DNA from: a phage
Length of the DNA: 64,000 bases
Direction: 5' to 3' (one strand)
Sequence record: PZ445432.1
Position 1 is the first letter of the stretch. Each line of letters starts with the position of its first letter. The notes beneath the pieces are model-generated. The model was not told where the DNA came from and searched no databases. It was given only the letters and a program-made list of their open reading frames with translations. Shown in pieces: positions 20,686 to 30,601 of the stretch. The translations under genes were made by a program, and so were the position numbers.

Positions 20686-21108
20686 ATGAGTACAGAAAAT
20701 AGAGTTATTGATTTAGTAGTAGATGAGAACGTACCTTATGGTTTACTTATGCAATTTATGGATGTAGATGATAGTGTTTATCCTGCTACATCTAAGCCAG
20801 TAGATCTTACTGGCTTCTCTCTTAGAGGAAGTATTAAAAGTAGCTTAGAAGACGAGGCTGAAACTTTAGCATCCTTTACCACTTCTATTGTGGATGCTAG
20901 ACAAGGTGTAGCGTCTATAAGTCTACCTGTTAGTGCTGTAACTACTATTGCTTCCAAAGCATCCAAAGAAAGAGATAGATATAACCCTAGACAGAGATTG
21001 GCTGGATACTATGATGTAATTATTACTAGAACAGCTGTTGGTAGTGCTGCTAGTTCTTTCCGTATTATGGAAGGCAAGGTTTATATTAGTGATGGAGTAA
21101 CTCAATAA
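20686..21108 (+). CDS. tail tip collar protein (p140/p132-like)
   Basis: 140-aa ORF between the pb4-like and fibre genes. Confidence 0.5.
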   Translation: MSTENRVIDLVVDENVPYGLLMQFMDVDDSVYPATSKPVDLTGFSLRGSIKSSLEDEAETLASFTTSIVDARQGVASISLPVSAVTTIASKASKERDRYNPRQRLAGYYDVIITRTAVGSAASSFRIMEGKVYISDGVTQ

Positions 21109-24100
21109 TGGCTATAACTAAAATAATTTTACAGCAAATGGTCACTATGGACCAGAATAGCATAACTGCTAGTAAGTATCCTAAGTATACTATAGTTCTG
21201 GGGAACACAATTAGCTCTATTACTGCTGCAGAACTAACCTCTGCTATAGAGTCTTCTAAAGCATCTGCAGCAGCAGCAAAAACCTCAGAAACTAATGCTA
21301 AGCAGTCAGAGTTAAATGCTAAAGGTTCTGAGAATGAGGCAAAAATTTCCGCAACATCTTCTCAACAATCTGCAACTCAGTCAGCTTCTTCTGCTACTGC
21401 TTCCGCTAACAGTGCTGGAGCTGCAAAAACTTCAGAAACCAATGCAAAAGCTAGTGAGACAGCTGCAAAAACTTCAGAAACCAATGCAAAAGCTAGTGAG
21501 ACAGCTGCTAAAACTTCAGAAACCCATGCAAAAGCTAGTGAGACTGCTGCAGCTGCCTCAGCCTCCGCAGCAAAAACCTCAGAAACTAATGCTGCTGCAT
21601 CTGCTTCTGCTGCTAAAACTTCAGAAACTAATGCTAATAATAGTAAAACTGCTGCTGCTAACAGTGCTAATGCTGCTAAAACCTCAGAAACTAATGCTAA
21701 AACATCAGAAACTAATGCGGCTGCTTCTGCCACAAGAGCTGAAAGTGTAGCTTCTGGTATGCGAGATTCTATAGGCCTGGGTAATTCAGCTCGTGATTGC
21801 CCAGATATTTCTGGTAATCCTTCTGCATACATTGGTTTTATGCGTATTCGTGAAGGTGTGCCTGGGTGGCCTTCTATTGCTAATGGGGAGGCGTATTTAA
21901 CTGGTGTTATTTCTGTTAATGACGGTTCTCCTTCCTACACTGGTATTTTTCATGGGTGGAATACTAGGTCACTTTATACGTATAGATGGTCCTCAAGTCT
22001 AGGTCCACAATGGACACGTCATGCTAGAAAAGATGAAGTTGATCGCCTTGTGCAAGGTTCGGGAGAATCTGCTATATGGGGTGCAGGCCGTAAACAAAAA
22101 CTTGTTCTATGGGATGGTGGCACAGGTGCAACAATGGATTGGGGTGTCTATGACGAAGCCGGAGCAAAGTGGATCCCACTGGGGGTTGGTAGAGGGGGTA
22201 CTGGTGCTACTACAGCAGCAGGAGCACGCACTAATTTACAACTAAACCGCTTCCAACGTTCTAGTGATACAAGAACCATCGTTTGCTCAACAGATGTTCA
22301 GGCGGATGGCTGTTACTTACAGGTTGATGCTGGTGGTCAGTGGGGCGCATTTAACCCTAAAACTGGTAGATGGCAACCTCTCGCAATAGCTCAGGGGGGC
22401 ACTGGAGGAGTTACCGCCGAGGACGCTCGTACAAATCTAGGACTAGGGCACAGCAGTTCTCCAACGTTTGGGCATTTACAGCTTCTTACTGAAAATGACT
22501 CTACACAAGCCTCTTCCGGAATACTTAGTCAGTTCCTACGAGATACTTCTGGAGCACAGAGAGCTCGTAGTAGGATTTACTCAGAAATACGTGGAGATAA
22601 TAAAGCTTGGTTGACACTACACCTACAATCTGATGCTAATACTAATAAATATGCTGGCTTAAGTATTGACGGTAATTTCCAGATAAACGGTAACTTTATT
22701 GGTAATGCTATAAGTTTATCGGATGTAGTCACTTCTAAAGTAAATCTACAGGTAAATAGGTTCGTACAGGCTACAGGTGAAACAGATGTAGTAAACCATG
22801 CCGGTACAGCGCAAATTTTTATTACAGATAATAAAAATTGGGGGGCGTATGATACAGAATTAAGAAGACATATAGCTCTACCTATAACTCAGGGTGGTAC
22901 TGGAGGCTTATCTATATCTGAGGCCAAAACAAATCTTCAGATACCTTCTGTAGGTGCTGGAGATTGGATGGAAATTGCAGCTCCTGCTGGTGTTGAAGCT
23001 GGGAAATATTACCCAATTGTAATTAACGCACAACATGCGGGTTTATATCTCTCTGGTTTCTTTATAGATATACAAACTAGAAGCTCCGGCGGGGGAGATC
23101 CTATGAACTGTTGTACGTTTAACGGGTTCATAAGAACAGGTGGTTGGTCGGATAGGAAAGACGCTGGCTATGGATACTATAACAGATATGATTCTAGTGA
23201 GCGTGCTTTAAAATGCATATTGGTATCCGCTAAGGATTCTGAAGACAATATAGCTGTATATGTAGAAGGTAGAGCATTCCCGGTGAAAATGCGCATACCT
23301 AAATTTTGCACAGCTACGGCGGTTGCTTCAGCTCATACGCATGGTCAAGTCACATTTGCCTGGGGTACACCCAATCCTGGTCCAGATTCAGTTGGGGTAA
23401 GGACTCTATTTGATTTCTCTTTAAATAGAGTTGGTTTCTACCAAGCAACAACAGAAGGAAACTATTACATAGGAAATGGTGAGCGTATAGTTCTTTCTAA
23501 TGGTATGAATGTGGGGGATGAACTAAGCTTAACCGCACCTAAGATTACTTTTAGTGGTACAGTGGCAGCTGGTAATGGTTTTACTGCAGATGGTACATCT
23601 GTATCCAATGCTACTTTTTATAGTCGTTATCGTGTCGGGAATACTGTTTACGGTGCGGAGTTCCTGGCCAGTGAGAATGCAGCCCAAGTTATTGTCAGAG
23701 ATCCGGCTGATACTAGCCATCAATTCTTTAACTTTAACCTCAACGGAACATTCAGTCCCCCAAATGGTTTATTGACTTCCACTGGTACGGACTGGAATGG
23801 GCAAAAGAATACTATCAATAAATTCTATGGGATTGCAGGAAGTGACAATGCTCCGGAAAATGCTATATATGGTGGTATCCATGTAGGGTTTAGCGGTAAT
23901 TATGCTACCCAATTTGCTGGCCGTAACTCCAAGTTTTGGGTAAGAAGTATTGAAGCGGGAGAAAATAAAGAATGGTTAAAGCTTATTACTGCTACATTAG
24001 CTCCTAAAATTCCTACGGATGCACGGGATGGTTTCATCAGTGATGCTTCTGCGGATACCTCTTGGGCACCTAGCAACGGTGGTGGTTTTCAGTCTTGTTA

Positions 24101-25232
24101 TGCCGAAAACCGCATTATGCAGAGCTGGGTTGATAATGTTGGAAGACTCTACAGTAGATTTCTAACAACTAATCAGCCTACAGCCCCAAAAACGGATGTT
24201 CCCTGGAAAAGTGCTGCGATGCTAGAGCTGGATAACCGCTTTACTGGTAATAATACTTTTCTTGGTAATCTTGAATCGACCAGGGATATAACTTGCGCAA
24301 GGTTGTTTAGTAAGGGGGCATTACAGACAGAAAGCGGAGGAATTGAGCTTTATCATTCCACACCATTTATTGACTTTCACTTTAATAAGGCAACAAGCGA
24401 CTACACGGCAAGGATTATCAACGACGCTGCTAATCAGCTAACTTTTGATTGTCAAAGTGTGCGTACGTTGCATGACTTCACAGCGTATGGACTTGTAAGG
24501 GGTTGTAACCGTGATGCATTCGTTGCATGGCCCATTAGCGATCCGTCTGCCAGCAATGGTCAGATTAGGCTTGCGCCTAAGTTCCAATCTCGATTTAATA
24601 GCGTAGGATCGAACGCATCTGGAGCTGCAAGAATGTCTATGTGGTTTGAGGAGCATGTTGGCTCTAACCATCGTGGTGTTGTAGAAGTCAGCGGCTATGG
24701 CTCTTCGACTCAATACTGGCACTTTAGAAATGATGGTGCTATCTGGAGTTCCGTTAAGGGGGACGTTGCGTGGGCTGGAACTTCTGATTTACGTTACAAA
24801 GATAACGTGGTTGATTACGATGGCTTGCAGTCCTTAGAAAACATCAAGGCGATGAACTTGATCAAGTTTACTTACAAGGATGATGATCGCAAGCGTGAGC
24901 GTCGAGGTGTTGCAGCACAGCAAATCATGGAAATTGATCCTTGCTATGTCAAAAAGAGCGAAGGCTCTTACATTGACGCCAACGGTGAGCAAGTAAACAT
25001 TGAAAAACTTGTGTTAGATACAAATCCGCTTTTGATGGATGCTCTTTGTGCAATCAAGGTGCTATCGGCCCAAGTAGGGGAGTTGAAAGAGGAAAATACT
25101 GCCTTACGTGCTGGCACCGCTAGCAGGGAGGAGCAAGTCACAGCCCTAGAATCAGAAGTATCTGATCTTAAAAAGCAAATTGCAGACCTAACGTTAGTGG
25201 TTAATTCTCTACTAGCAAATAAGGCACAGTAA
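21108..25232 (+). CDS. L-shaped tail fibre (pb1-like) with C-terminal intramolecular chaperone / autoproteolysis domain
   Basis: 1374 aa; N-terminal (AKTSETNAKASETA)n repeats; C-terminal TSDLRYKDNV autoproteolysis motif followed by a coiled-coil. Confidence 0.85.
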   Translation: MAITKIILQQMVTMDQNSITASKYPKYTIVLGNTISSITAAELTSAIESSKASAAAAKTSETNAKQSELNAKGSENEAKISATSSQQSATQSASSATASANSAGAAKTSETNAKASETAAKTSETNAKASETAAKTSETHAKASETAAAASASAAKTSETNAAASASAAKTSETNANNSKTAAANSANAAKTSETNAKTSETNAAASATRAESVASGMRDSIGLGNSARDCPDISGNPSAYIGFMRIREGVPGWPSIANGEAYLTGVISVNDGSPSYTGIFHGWNTRSLYTYRWSSSLGPQWTRHARKDEVDRLVQGSGESAIWGAGRKQKLVLWDGGTGATMDWGVYDEAGAKWIPLGVGRGGTGATTAAGARTNLQLNRFQRSSDTRTIVCSTDVQADGCYLQVDAGGQWGAFNPKTGRWQPLAIAQGGTGGVTAEDARTNLGLGHSSSPTFGHLQLLTENDSTQASSGILSQFLRDTSGAQRARSRIYSEIRGDNKAWLTLHLQSDANTNKYAGLSIDGNFQINGNFIGNAISLSDVVTSKVNLQVNRFVQATGETDVVNHAGTAQIFITDNKNWGAYDTELRRHIALPITQGGTGGLSISEAKTNLQIPSVGAGDWMEIAAPAGVEAGKYYPIVINAQHAGLYLSGFFIDIQTRSSGGGDPMNCCTFNGFIRTGGWSDRKDAGYGYYNRYDSSERALKCILVSAKDSEDNIAVYVEGRAFPVKMRIPKFCTATAVASAHTHGQVTFAWGTPNPGPDSVGVRTLFDFSLNRVGFYQATTEGNYYIGNGERIVLSNGMNVGDELSLTAPKITFSGTVAAGNGFTADGTSVSNATFYSRYRVGNTVYGAEFLASENAAQVIVRDPADTSHQFFNFNLNGTFSPPNGLLTSTGTDWNGQKNTINKFYGIAGSDNAPENAIYGGIHVGFSGNYATQFAGRNSKFWVRSIEAGENKEWLKLITATLAPKIPTDARDGFISDASADTSWAPSNGGGFQSCYAENRIMQSWVDNVGRLYSRFLTTNQPTAPKTDVPWKSAAMLELDNRFTGNNTFLGNLESTRDITCARLFSKGALQTESGGIELYHSTPFIDFHFNKATSDYTARIINDAANQLTFDCQSVRTLHDFTAYGLVRGCNRDAFVAWPISDPSASNGQIRLAPKFQSRFNSVGSNASGAARMSMWFEEHVGSNHRGVVEVSGYGSSTQYWHFRNDGAIWSSVKGDVAWAGTSDLRYKDNVVDYDGLQSLENIKAMNLIKFTYKDDDRKRERRGVAAQQIMEIDPCYVKKSEGSYIDANGEQVNIEKLVLDTNPLLMDALCAIKVLSAQVGELKEENTALRAGTASREEQVTALESEVSDLKKQIADLTLVVNSLLANKAQ
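21420..21545 (+). repeat. 3 x 42-bp in-frame tandem repeat inside the tail fibre gene, with degenerate copies spanning ~21270-21730
   Basis: unit gctgcaaaaacttcagaaaccaatgcaaaagctagtgagaca repeated head-to-tail at 21420, 21462 and 21504 (third copy has 3 substitutions). Confidence 0.9.
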
Positions 25233-25233
25233 A

Positions 25234-25270
25234 AAGAAACCCCAGTGGATAAAATCCACTGGGGTTTTTC
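25234..25270. terminator. bidirectional rho-independent terminator between the convergent late and early modules
   Basis: aaaccccagtgga-taaaa-tccactggggttttt: 13-bp stem flanked by A-run and T-run, usable on both strands. Confidence 0.8.
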
Positions 25271-25272
25271 TA

Positions 25273-25536
25273 TTATTCGCTTCTACAACCTTCTATAATA
25301 CCAAGATTATAAATAGTTAGTAGTAGTTTTAATTGCTCATTGTCACTGTTAGTGCAGAGTTCTACAAAACCTTCAGGATCCCAGAAAATAACATTACCTT
25401 CTTTATCTGTTTTTAGCACAACCATTTCTGGTTCAGCAGTTTTAATCTGATAAGTTGACATATTAGTATCAATACCTATCATATTAGGATCAGTAAAATT
25501 ATTTGCTTCCTGAACTTCCAAATCCGCCTTCCCCAC
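25273..25536 (-). CDS. hypothetical protein
   Basis: 87-aa ORF, last gene of the minus-strand operon. Confidence 0.45.
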   Translation of the reverse strand: MGKADLEVQEANNFTDPNMIGIDTNMSTYQIKTAEPEMVVLKTDKEGNVIFWDPEGFVELCTNSDNEQLKLLLTIYNLGIIEGCRSE

Positions 25537-25945
25537 GATTAGTCTCCTCTAGTTCGTCAACGATTTCAAAATTATGGGTTGAATAGTGTGGTACTACTAC
25601 TAGCTGACAAAGTCTTTCGAAATTCTCCAGAGTTTGAATTTCAGAACCATAGTTATAAAGGTTCATCTTAATAGTTCCACGATAGTCTGAGTCAATCACT
25701 CCTGCGGTGTTTGCAATCATCAGATGACGCTTACCTAAGGAACTACGCGGAACCACCAAACCGAACCAGCCTCGCGGAATTTCCACCGCGACACCGGTGT
25801 CAATCATAAGAGATTTGCCTGGTGCAATAGCACGTAAATCTGCAGCAGGGTTAGTACCAAAGAACGCTCGCAGATCCATACCTGCGGCATCTTCGGAACC
25901 AATCTTAGGCATACAATCTGGATGGGTTAACTTAATTTTAATCAT
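25499..25945 (-). CDS. dut: dUTP pyrophosphatase
   Basis: AGMDLRA, PRSSLG, GVIDSDYRG and RGEGGFGSSG dUTPase motifs. Confidence 0.9.
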   Translation of the reverse strand: MIKIKLTHPDCMPKIGSEDAAGMDLRAFFGTNPAADLRAIAPGKSLMIDTGVAVEIPRGWFGLVVPRSSLGKRHLMIANTAGVIDSDYRGTIKMNLYNYGSEIQTLENFERLCQLVVVPHYSTHNFEIVDELEETNRGEGGFGSSGSK

Positions 25946-26817
25946 TGTTTTGCAATCTCCAAAATATCTTTTGTAAGCTTATCTAATACGTCTTGACCTA
26001 CAGCAGCAATAGCATCCACACAGTAGGTAGGTAAATCAACCAGAATTAGGTTTCGGTAAAGCAATTCTTCCGAAGCATTTAAATTCTGTATATATTTCTG
26101 TTTTCCAGGTAGTGGGAGCTGATCAATAATATCCAGAACGTTACCAAATTCACGAATAATATTATACCCACGCTTTGCCCCAATACCTTCAACACCACGG
26201 ATATTATCCCCTAAATCGCCCATAATTGCTTTCAGAGAGATAAACTGCTCTACATCGTCAACATTATGATGCTCATACATATCACGAAGATGATATTCAC
26301 GACGTGTTGTGAAAGAGAAACGAGAAACTTTATCTGTTAATAAAGTATCCCAGTCACCATCGGTAGAAATTAGCCAAACGTGATCATAAAGATGACCAAT
26401 GAGCTTAACAATATAAGCTGCCATATCATCTGCTTCTACGCCACGAATGGTAAAAGTTGGGAATGTAGTTTCACACAACTCGAAAGCATCTTTCAAATAC
26501 TCAAAGAACTGTTCGTCCAGTGCTTTCTCTTCTTCTGTACGTTGTGCATACTTTTCATCACGATTACTTTTATACTCTGGTAGATGTTCTAGACGAAATA
26601 CAGATTTCCCCTTATCACCTAGAACAATCGTAGTTCTTGCGGAGTAGGATTTTGCTAAAGATTGAATAGTGGAAACATAACTTGAGGCAAATGGTTTCTT
26701 ACTATTATTGTGTTTGAATCGAAAGCCTAAGTTAGTTCCGTCTACAATCATTAGGTTACGACGGGAAGCCATTTCAGCTTCCTCTTCTTCAATAAATTTT
26801 CCCCAGGATTTACTCAT
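25942..26817 (-). CDS. flap endonuclease / 5'-3' exonuclease (T5 D15-like)
   Basis: 291 aa; LMIVDGTNLGFR N-terminal motif and overall FEN architecture. Confidence 0.85.
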   Translation of the reverse strand: MSKSWGKFIEEEEAEMASRRNLMIVDGTNLGFRFKHNNSKKPFASSYVSTIQSLAKSYSARTTIVLGDKGKSVFRLEHLPEYKSNRDEKYAQRTEEEKALDEQFFEYLKDAFELCETTFPTFTIRGVEADDMAAYIVKLIGHLYDHVWLISTDGDWDTLLTDKVSRFSFTTRREYHLRDMYEHHNVDDVEQFISLKAIMGDLGDNIRGVEGIGAKRGYNIIREFGNVLDIIDQLPLPGKQKYIQNLNASEELLYRNLILVDLPTYCVDAIAAVGQDVLDKLTKDILEIAKQ

Positions 26818-27299
26818 TATTTAATTAAGTCCTCAACAGATGCATGATGTAGCCACGGCTCAAATAAACCAATTACGATTTCCATGTCTTTCTTATTTAA
26901 CACCATATGGGTACGACTCATTAAGTTGTCAACCATCGGGTCTGAGCTATCCAAAGCTATTAACCACTGTCCTCTGTCTTTCTTGAATATTAATGCAGGT
27001 TTGGAGTTCATCTGCTCACCTTCACGTGAGCACTGCTGCCACCACTTCTCTAGAGTGGATTCACCAACATTAAATAAATTACTTGATATATTATCATCTT
27101 TATACCACTTAACTTCGAAGCAGTATTTACTAATGTGTCCGCTTTGTGGTGGAAGGTAGATGTCACCTTTCAGTCCGTGGCTCTGGCCAAAAGCACCAGA
27201 GCCAGGAACACGTTCCCACTCAAGACCTGTACGCTCACGTAGAATATCTCTTACCTGATATTCACCACGTTTACCTTTCTCTCTACTATCTACAGCCAT
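26817..27299 (-). CDS. D14-like protein, possible PD-(D/E)xK-type nuclease
   Basis: 160 aa; GEYQVRDIL...GDIY...FEVKW pattern compatible with a resolvase-type nuclease fold. Confidence 0.4.
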   Translation of the reverse strand: MAVDSREKGKRGEYQVRDILRERTGLEWERVPGSGAFGQSHGLKGDIYLPPQSGHISKYCFEVKWYKDDNISSNLFNVGESTLEKWWQQCSREGEQMNSKPALIFKKDRGQWLIALDSSDPMVDNLMSRTHMVLNKKDMEIVIGLFEPWLHHASVEDLIK

Positions 27300-27808
27300 T
27301 ATTCCTCTGGGAAATTTAATACTGCGAAATCTCCGAAGTATTCTTTTGCTTTAATATCATAGGCTCTGGCAGCCTCCTCTAGTGTATTAAAAGAACCTAA
27401 GTTCTCTCTAATACCAGTATTGGGATTCTTAATTCTAGCCCTGGGTTTACCGTCCCTACCGTTAGGGAAATCTAAACCCTTATATTTAGTAGTCTTAGAT
27501 CTAGAAGCTCTATTTTGGGCTTGCTGAGACTTAGAAGCATTACGTAAGTTACTCGGAGTATCATTTTGTCTATCCCTATCTTTATGATCTACTGAATCAG
27601 CCCAAGTACCATTAGTCATAAAGTAAATTAAGTCGTATACCCTATATTCTGTACCTTTAATACTTGTTCTATAATATCCGTCTTTCGACTGGGATCCGAC
27701 TCTCGATCCTTTCTTTGCTGATCCTACTGATTTTCTATGAAATAGAACACCGCCCCTAATTTCATATCTATCCTGTAGAAATTCTATAGTTATGTCTTGC
27801 TTTTTCAT
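27299..27808 (-). CDS. HNH-AP2 homing endonuclease
   Basis: VDHKDRDRQNDTPSNLR (HNH_3-type) plus C-terminal GSFNTLEEAARAYDIKAKEYFG, a close match to the AP2 DNA-binding motif. Confidence 0.8.
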   Translation of the reverse strand: MKKQDITIEFLQDRYEIRGGVLFHRKSVGSAKKGSRVGSQSKDGYYRTSIKGTEYRVYDLIYFMTNGTWADSVDHKDRDRQNDTPSNLRNASKSQQAQNRASRSKTTKYKGLDFPNGRDGKPRARIKNPNTGIRENLGSFNTLEEAARAYDIKAKEYFGDFAVLNFPEE

Positions 27809-29643
27809 TCTAAATAGGAAAATCCTTCTGCATCTTTTTTGACAGTAATCTTATGGGCCAGTGGGTGAGAGTGCCCATGAGAAACAATGATAGAATTTAG
27901 ACTTTCTTCCTCATTTAATAGTTCAATGAGAGTATCAAGCCCTTTCGTATCAATAAAGCTAATTACTTCATCAAGAAATAGAAGATTAATATTAACTTTA
28001 CTAATAGATGTTAACAGCATACGAATCGCTAACAGAGTTGCTAGATTAATTCGACTTTGCTGACCAGTAGAGCAGTTCTCCATACTGGTACGATTTCCAT
28101 CATTGAAGATTACTACTTGTAATTTTGTTTCATCAAGTTCAAATCCAAGTGCGAATTTACCGCCAGTCATAATAGAAAGATATTTATTAATTAGCTCTTC
28201 AAATACTTTCACGCTATGCTCTAGTTTATACCCTACTAGGTTCTTCAATGCAGCAATTAGAATATCGAGATCAGCTACAGCTTCGGCTACTCCATCAAGT
28301 TTGGAAGTAATCTCAGTCATTTCTGCTTCTGCTTTCTCAATCTGTTCTAGCTTTGCTTTATATTTTGCATTGGCTAATTCGACATTTGCATTATGCTCTT
28401 TGGCAACTGCAACCTTAGAACGTCCATCAGCGATTGCCTGTTCTAGTTGTCGGATTTGCACCTGTAGGTTTTGCACATTGAGTTCTTCAAAAGAAGCGTC
28501 ACTCATTGAATTTTTGAACTCGTCTCTAGCTGCCACTGCTTTATCCAAAGCATCCTTTGCTCTAATATACGCAACGTACTCAAGTTGTTCTTTCTTCAAC
28601 TGTTCTAGCCTAGCTTCAAGAGATTGCTTCTCTTTGAACAGAGGATCATATTCTATTCTAGCCATATCCATTGCTTTTTGAGCAGCAGTTGTATCCAGAT
28701 GAGTACCGCAAGTAGGGCATTCAGTATTTGAAGCCTCTTGCTTGAACTTCTGATAACGTTTCTTAACTTCGCTCGCACGTGAGGTCACAATCGTTAGGTC
28801 ACGCGTAACACTCGAGATCTCTTCATTTTGGTCGGTGGGCGCGGGCAAATTTTTGAAAGGTTCGAAAGATTGTTCGGCAACTTGTACAGCTTTGTCCAAA
28901 TTACGCAACTTAGTAATATTAGCCTCTTGAGACTTGGCTAATGCCGCCTTAATTTTCGATTCAGTAAGTTCTTGTGCTAATGGCTCTTCATCAAACTCCG
29001 GTACTTCTACAGGTTCCTGCAAAGTACCTAGATTATTTTTTCCATTAAGGATTTTCGTAATTACAGCCATCTGGCCCTGCAAATTATTTAAGGTATTTGC
29101 TATTTCTTTACGGTCAGCCTTAACAGTTTCCGACATTTCTTTGTACTGCTCTTGATTGAACAAGTTAACAAGAAAAGCCTTACGTGTTGCATCCGTTGCT
29201 TTTAGAAAATCTAGGTTGGAACCCACTGATTGATAAATCAGTTTGGTGAATGTTTGAAAGTCACCACCCATAATCTCTTCAATCATCTTATATGTTTGGG
29301 TTGCAGTGTGTCCACTAATATCTTCCCCATTCTTAATCAACGTTACTTTAGCAGTTGACTTAACTACTTTATGCAGCTCATACTCATCATCATCTTTTGA
29401 GAAGTAAGCGTGCATATCGTATTCTTTCTTAGGGGCATTCCAAGAGAACAATGCATCCTTCTTGATACCTCGAGAGTTCTTGTTATAAAACAACTCCTCG
29501 ATAACTGTAGCAATGGTGGATTTCCCTAGCCCATTGCCCCCAATTAGTTGAGTAACTGGATTCTTATCGAAATGGATTACGATGTCCTTACCGTAAGACA
29601 TAACGTTACTAAATTTTAGTGTCTTAATTGTAATCTTTGACAT
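27805..29643 (-). CDS. SbcC/Rad50-like recombination ATPase (T5 D13-like)
   Basis: Walker A GGNGLGKST, long coiled-coil, ECPTCGT zinc hook, C-terminal LLFLDEV signature; start placed at MSKITIK (the ORF extends to 29718). Confidence 0.8.
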   Translation of the reverse strand: MSKITIKTLKFSNVMSYGKDIVIHFDKNPVTQLIGGNGLGKSTIATVIEELFYNKNSRGIKKDALFSWNAPKKEYDMHAYFSKDDDEYELHKVVKSTAKVTLIKNGEDISGHTATQTYKMIEEIMGGDFQTFTKLIYQSVGSNLDFLKATDATRKAFLVNLFNQEQYKEMSETVKADRKEIANTLNNLQGQMAVITKILNGKNNLGTLQEPVEVPEFDEEPLAQELTESKIKAALAKSQEANITKLRNLDKAVQVAEQSFEPFKNLPAPTDQNEEISSVTRDLTIVTSRASEVKKRYQKFKQEASNTECPTCGTHLDTTAAQKAMDMARIEYDPLFKEKQSLEARLEQLKKEQLEYVAYIRAKDALDKAVAARDEFKNSMSDASFEELNVQNLQVQIRQLEQAIADGRSKVAVAKEHNANVELANAKYKAKLEQIEKAEAEMTEITSKLDGVAEAVADLDILIAALKNLVGYKLEHSVKVFEELINKYLSIMTGGKFALGFELDETKLQVVIFNDGNRTSMENCSTGQQSRINLATLLAIRMLLTSISKVNINLLFLDEVISFIDTKGLDTLIELLNEEESLNSIIVSHGHSHPLAHKITVKKDAEGFSYLE

Positions 29644-30601
29644 ATTTCGCAGCTCTAGCCAAGATTCTATCAATGTCGCCTTGAGATAGCTTCTCGACTT
29701 CACGGAAGTAAAGTTCAAGTTCGCCTAACATATCAAGATCAACAAGATTTAACTTAGCGTCTTTAGTAACTCGATGGTTAATCTTCTTATCTAATAAATC
29801 AGAGTCTTTGATAGACTTTAATTGAACAACGTCACCAGTAACTTCGTAGACTACACGATCATAATCACTAGGTTCCATCTCTTCACCTGCTCCGATTGTT
29901 TTACGAATCAGTTGTGGTAAATCACCTAGTTCAATCCATTCTACTTTTAATGTGTCGGTATCAATGATAAAGCAACCATTTGTACCTTTTGTGCGTTCTC
30001 TATGGAACGATGTAGTTAATGGAGATCCTGGGTAGAGGAGTCTAGTAGATCCGATAGTCTGGCTATTAGTATAAGAATGTAAATCGCCAGCAATTACAGT
30101 ATCATAACAGTTGTACTTAGTTAGATCGATTTCTGGTTTTACATGTGGTGGGATTTCACCACGAACATGCGTGAAACATAGTTTTGATTCAGCAGGTTTC
30201 CACTTGGGTTTATGAATCTCATCATACGGAACAATATCAAATTCAGGGGAACGATATGGTTTGGTAATTACTTCCCATTTCCCACTAGTTACTTTATTAA
30301 TAACCCCTGCGTAATGATATAGACATGAAATGGTTTTAGTTATTAATTCATGATTACCTGTAAATACCATTCCTATATGATCTAGCCTAGACATAAATTT
30401 TTCTAGAAGTTCTACTTCTTCCGACGACGGGTCGGAATGATCAAATAAATCACCACCAATAATATGCAAATCACAGTTATGATTATGGAATATATCATTT
30501 AGACGGTCTCCCAGCATTAAGAATCTTTTCTTCTGCCATTCTTTGGGAATTTTATCTTGCCCAAGTTTTATATGGTGATCAGCACTAAAGAGTATTTTCA
30601 T
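29624..30601 (-). CDS. SbcD/Mre11-like nuclease (T5 D12-like)
   Basis: calcineurin-like phosphoesterase motifs (SADHH, GDLFD, GNHE); 3' end overlaps the D13 start. Confidence 0.8.
   Translation of the reverse strand: MKILFSADHHIKLGQDKIPKEWQKKRFLMLGDRLNDIFHNHNCDLHIIGGDLFDHSDPSSEEVELLEKFMSRLDHIGMVFTGNHELITKTISCLYHYAGVINKVTSGKWEVITKPYRSPEFDIVPYDEIHKPKWKPAESKLCFTHVRGEIPPHVKPEIDLTKYNCYDTVIAGDLHSYTNSQTIGSTRLLYPGSPLTTSFHRERTKGTNGCFIIDTDTLKVEWIELGDLPQLIRKTIGAGEEMEPSDYDRVVYEVTGDVVQLKSIKDSDLLDKKINHRVTKDAKLNLVDLDMLGELELYFREVEKLSQGDIDRILARAAKYVKDYN

Noticed and set aside
21420-21545. Regularly spaced 42-bp direct repeats considered as a CRISPR-like array
   Set aside because: The repeats are contiguous with no spacers, are in frame and are translated as part of the tail fibre.
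21316-21832. Two long antisense or off-frame ORFs (21316-21750 +, 21377-21832 -) with Leu/Gln/Lys-rich or Ala/Glu-rich translations
   Set aside because: They lie entirely inside the repetitive Ala/Ser/Thr-coding tract of the tail fibre gene. Low-complexity repeats generate spurious open frames, and neither has an RBS.
28103-28681. 192-aa plus-strand ORF inside the SbcC-like gene
   Set aside because: Shadow ORF on the antisense strand of a coiled-coil coding region; Ser-rich low-complexity translation with no RBS.
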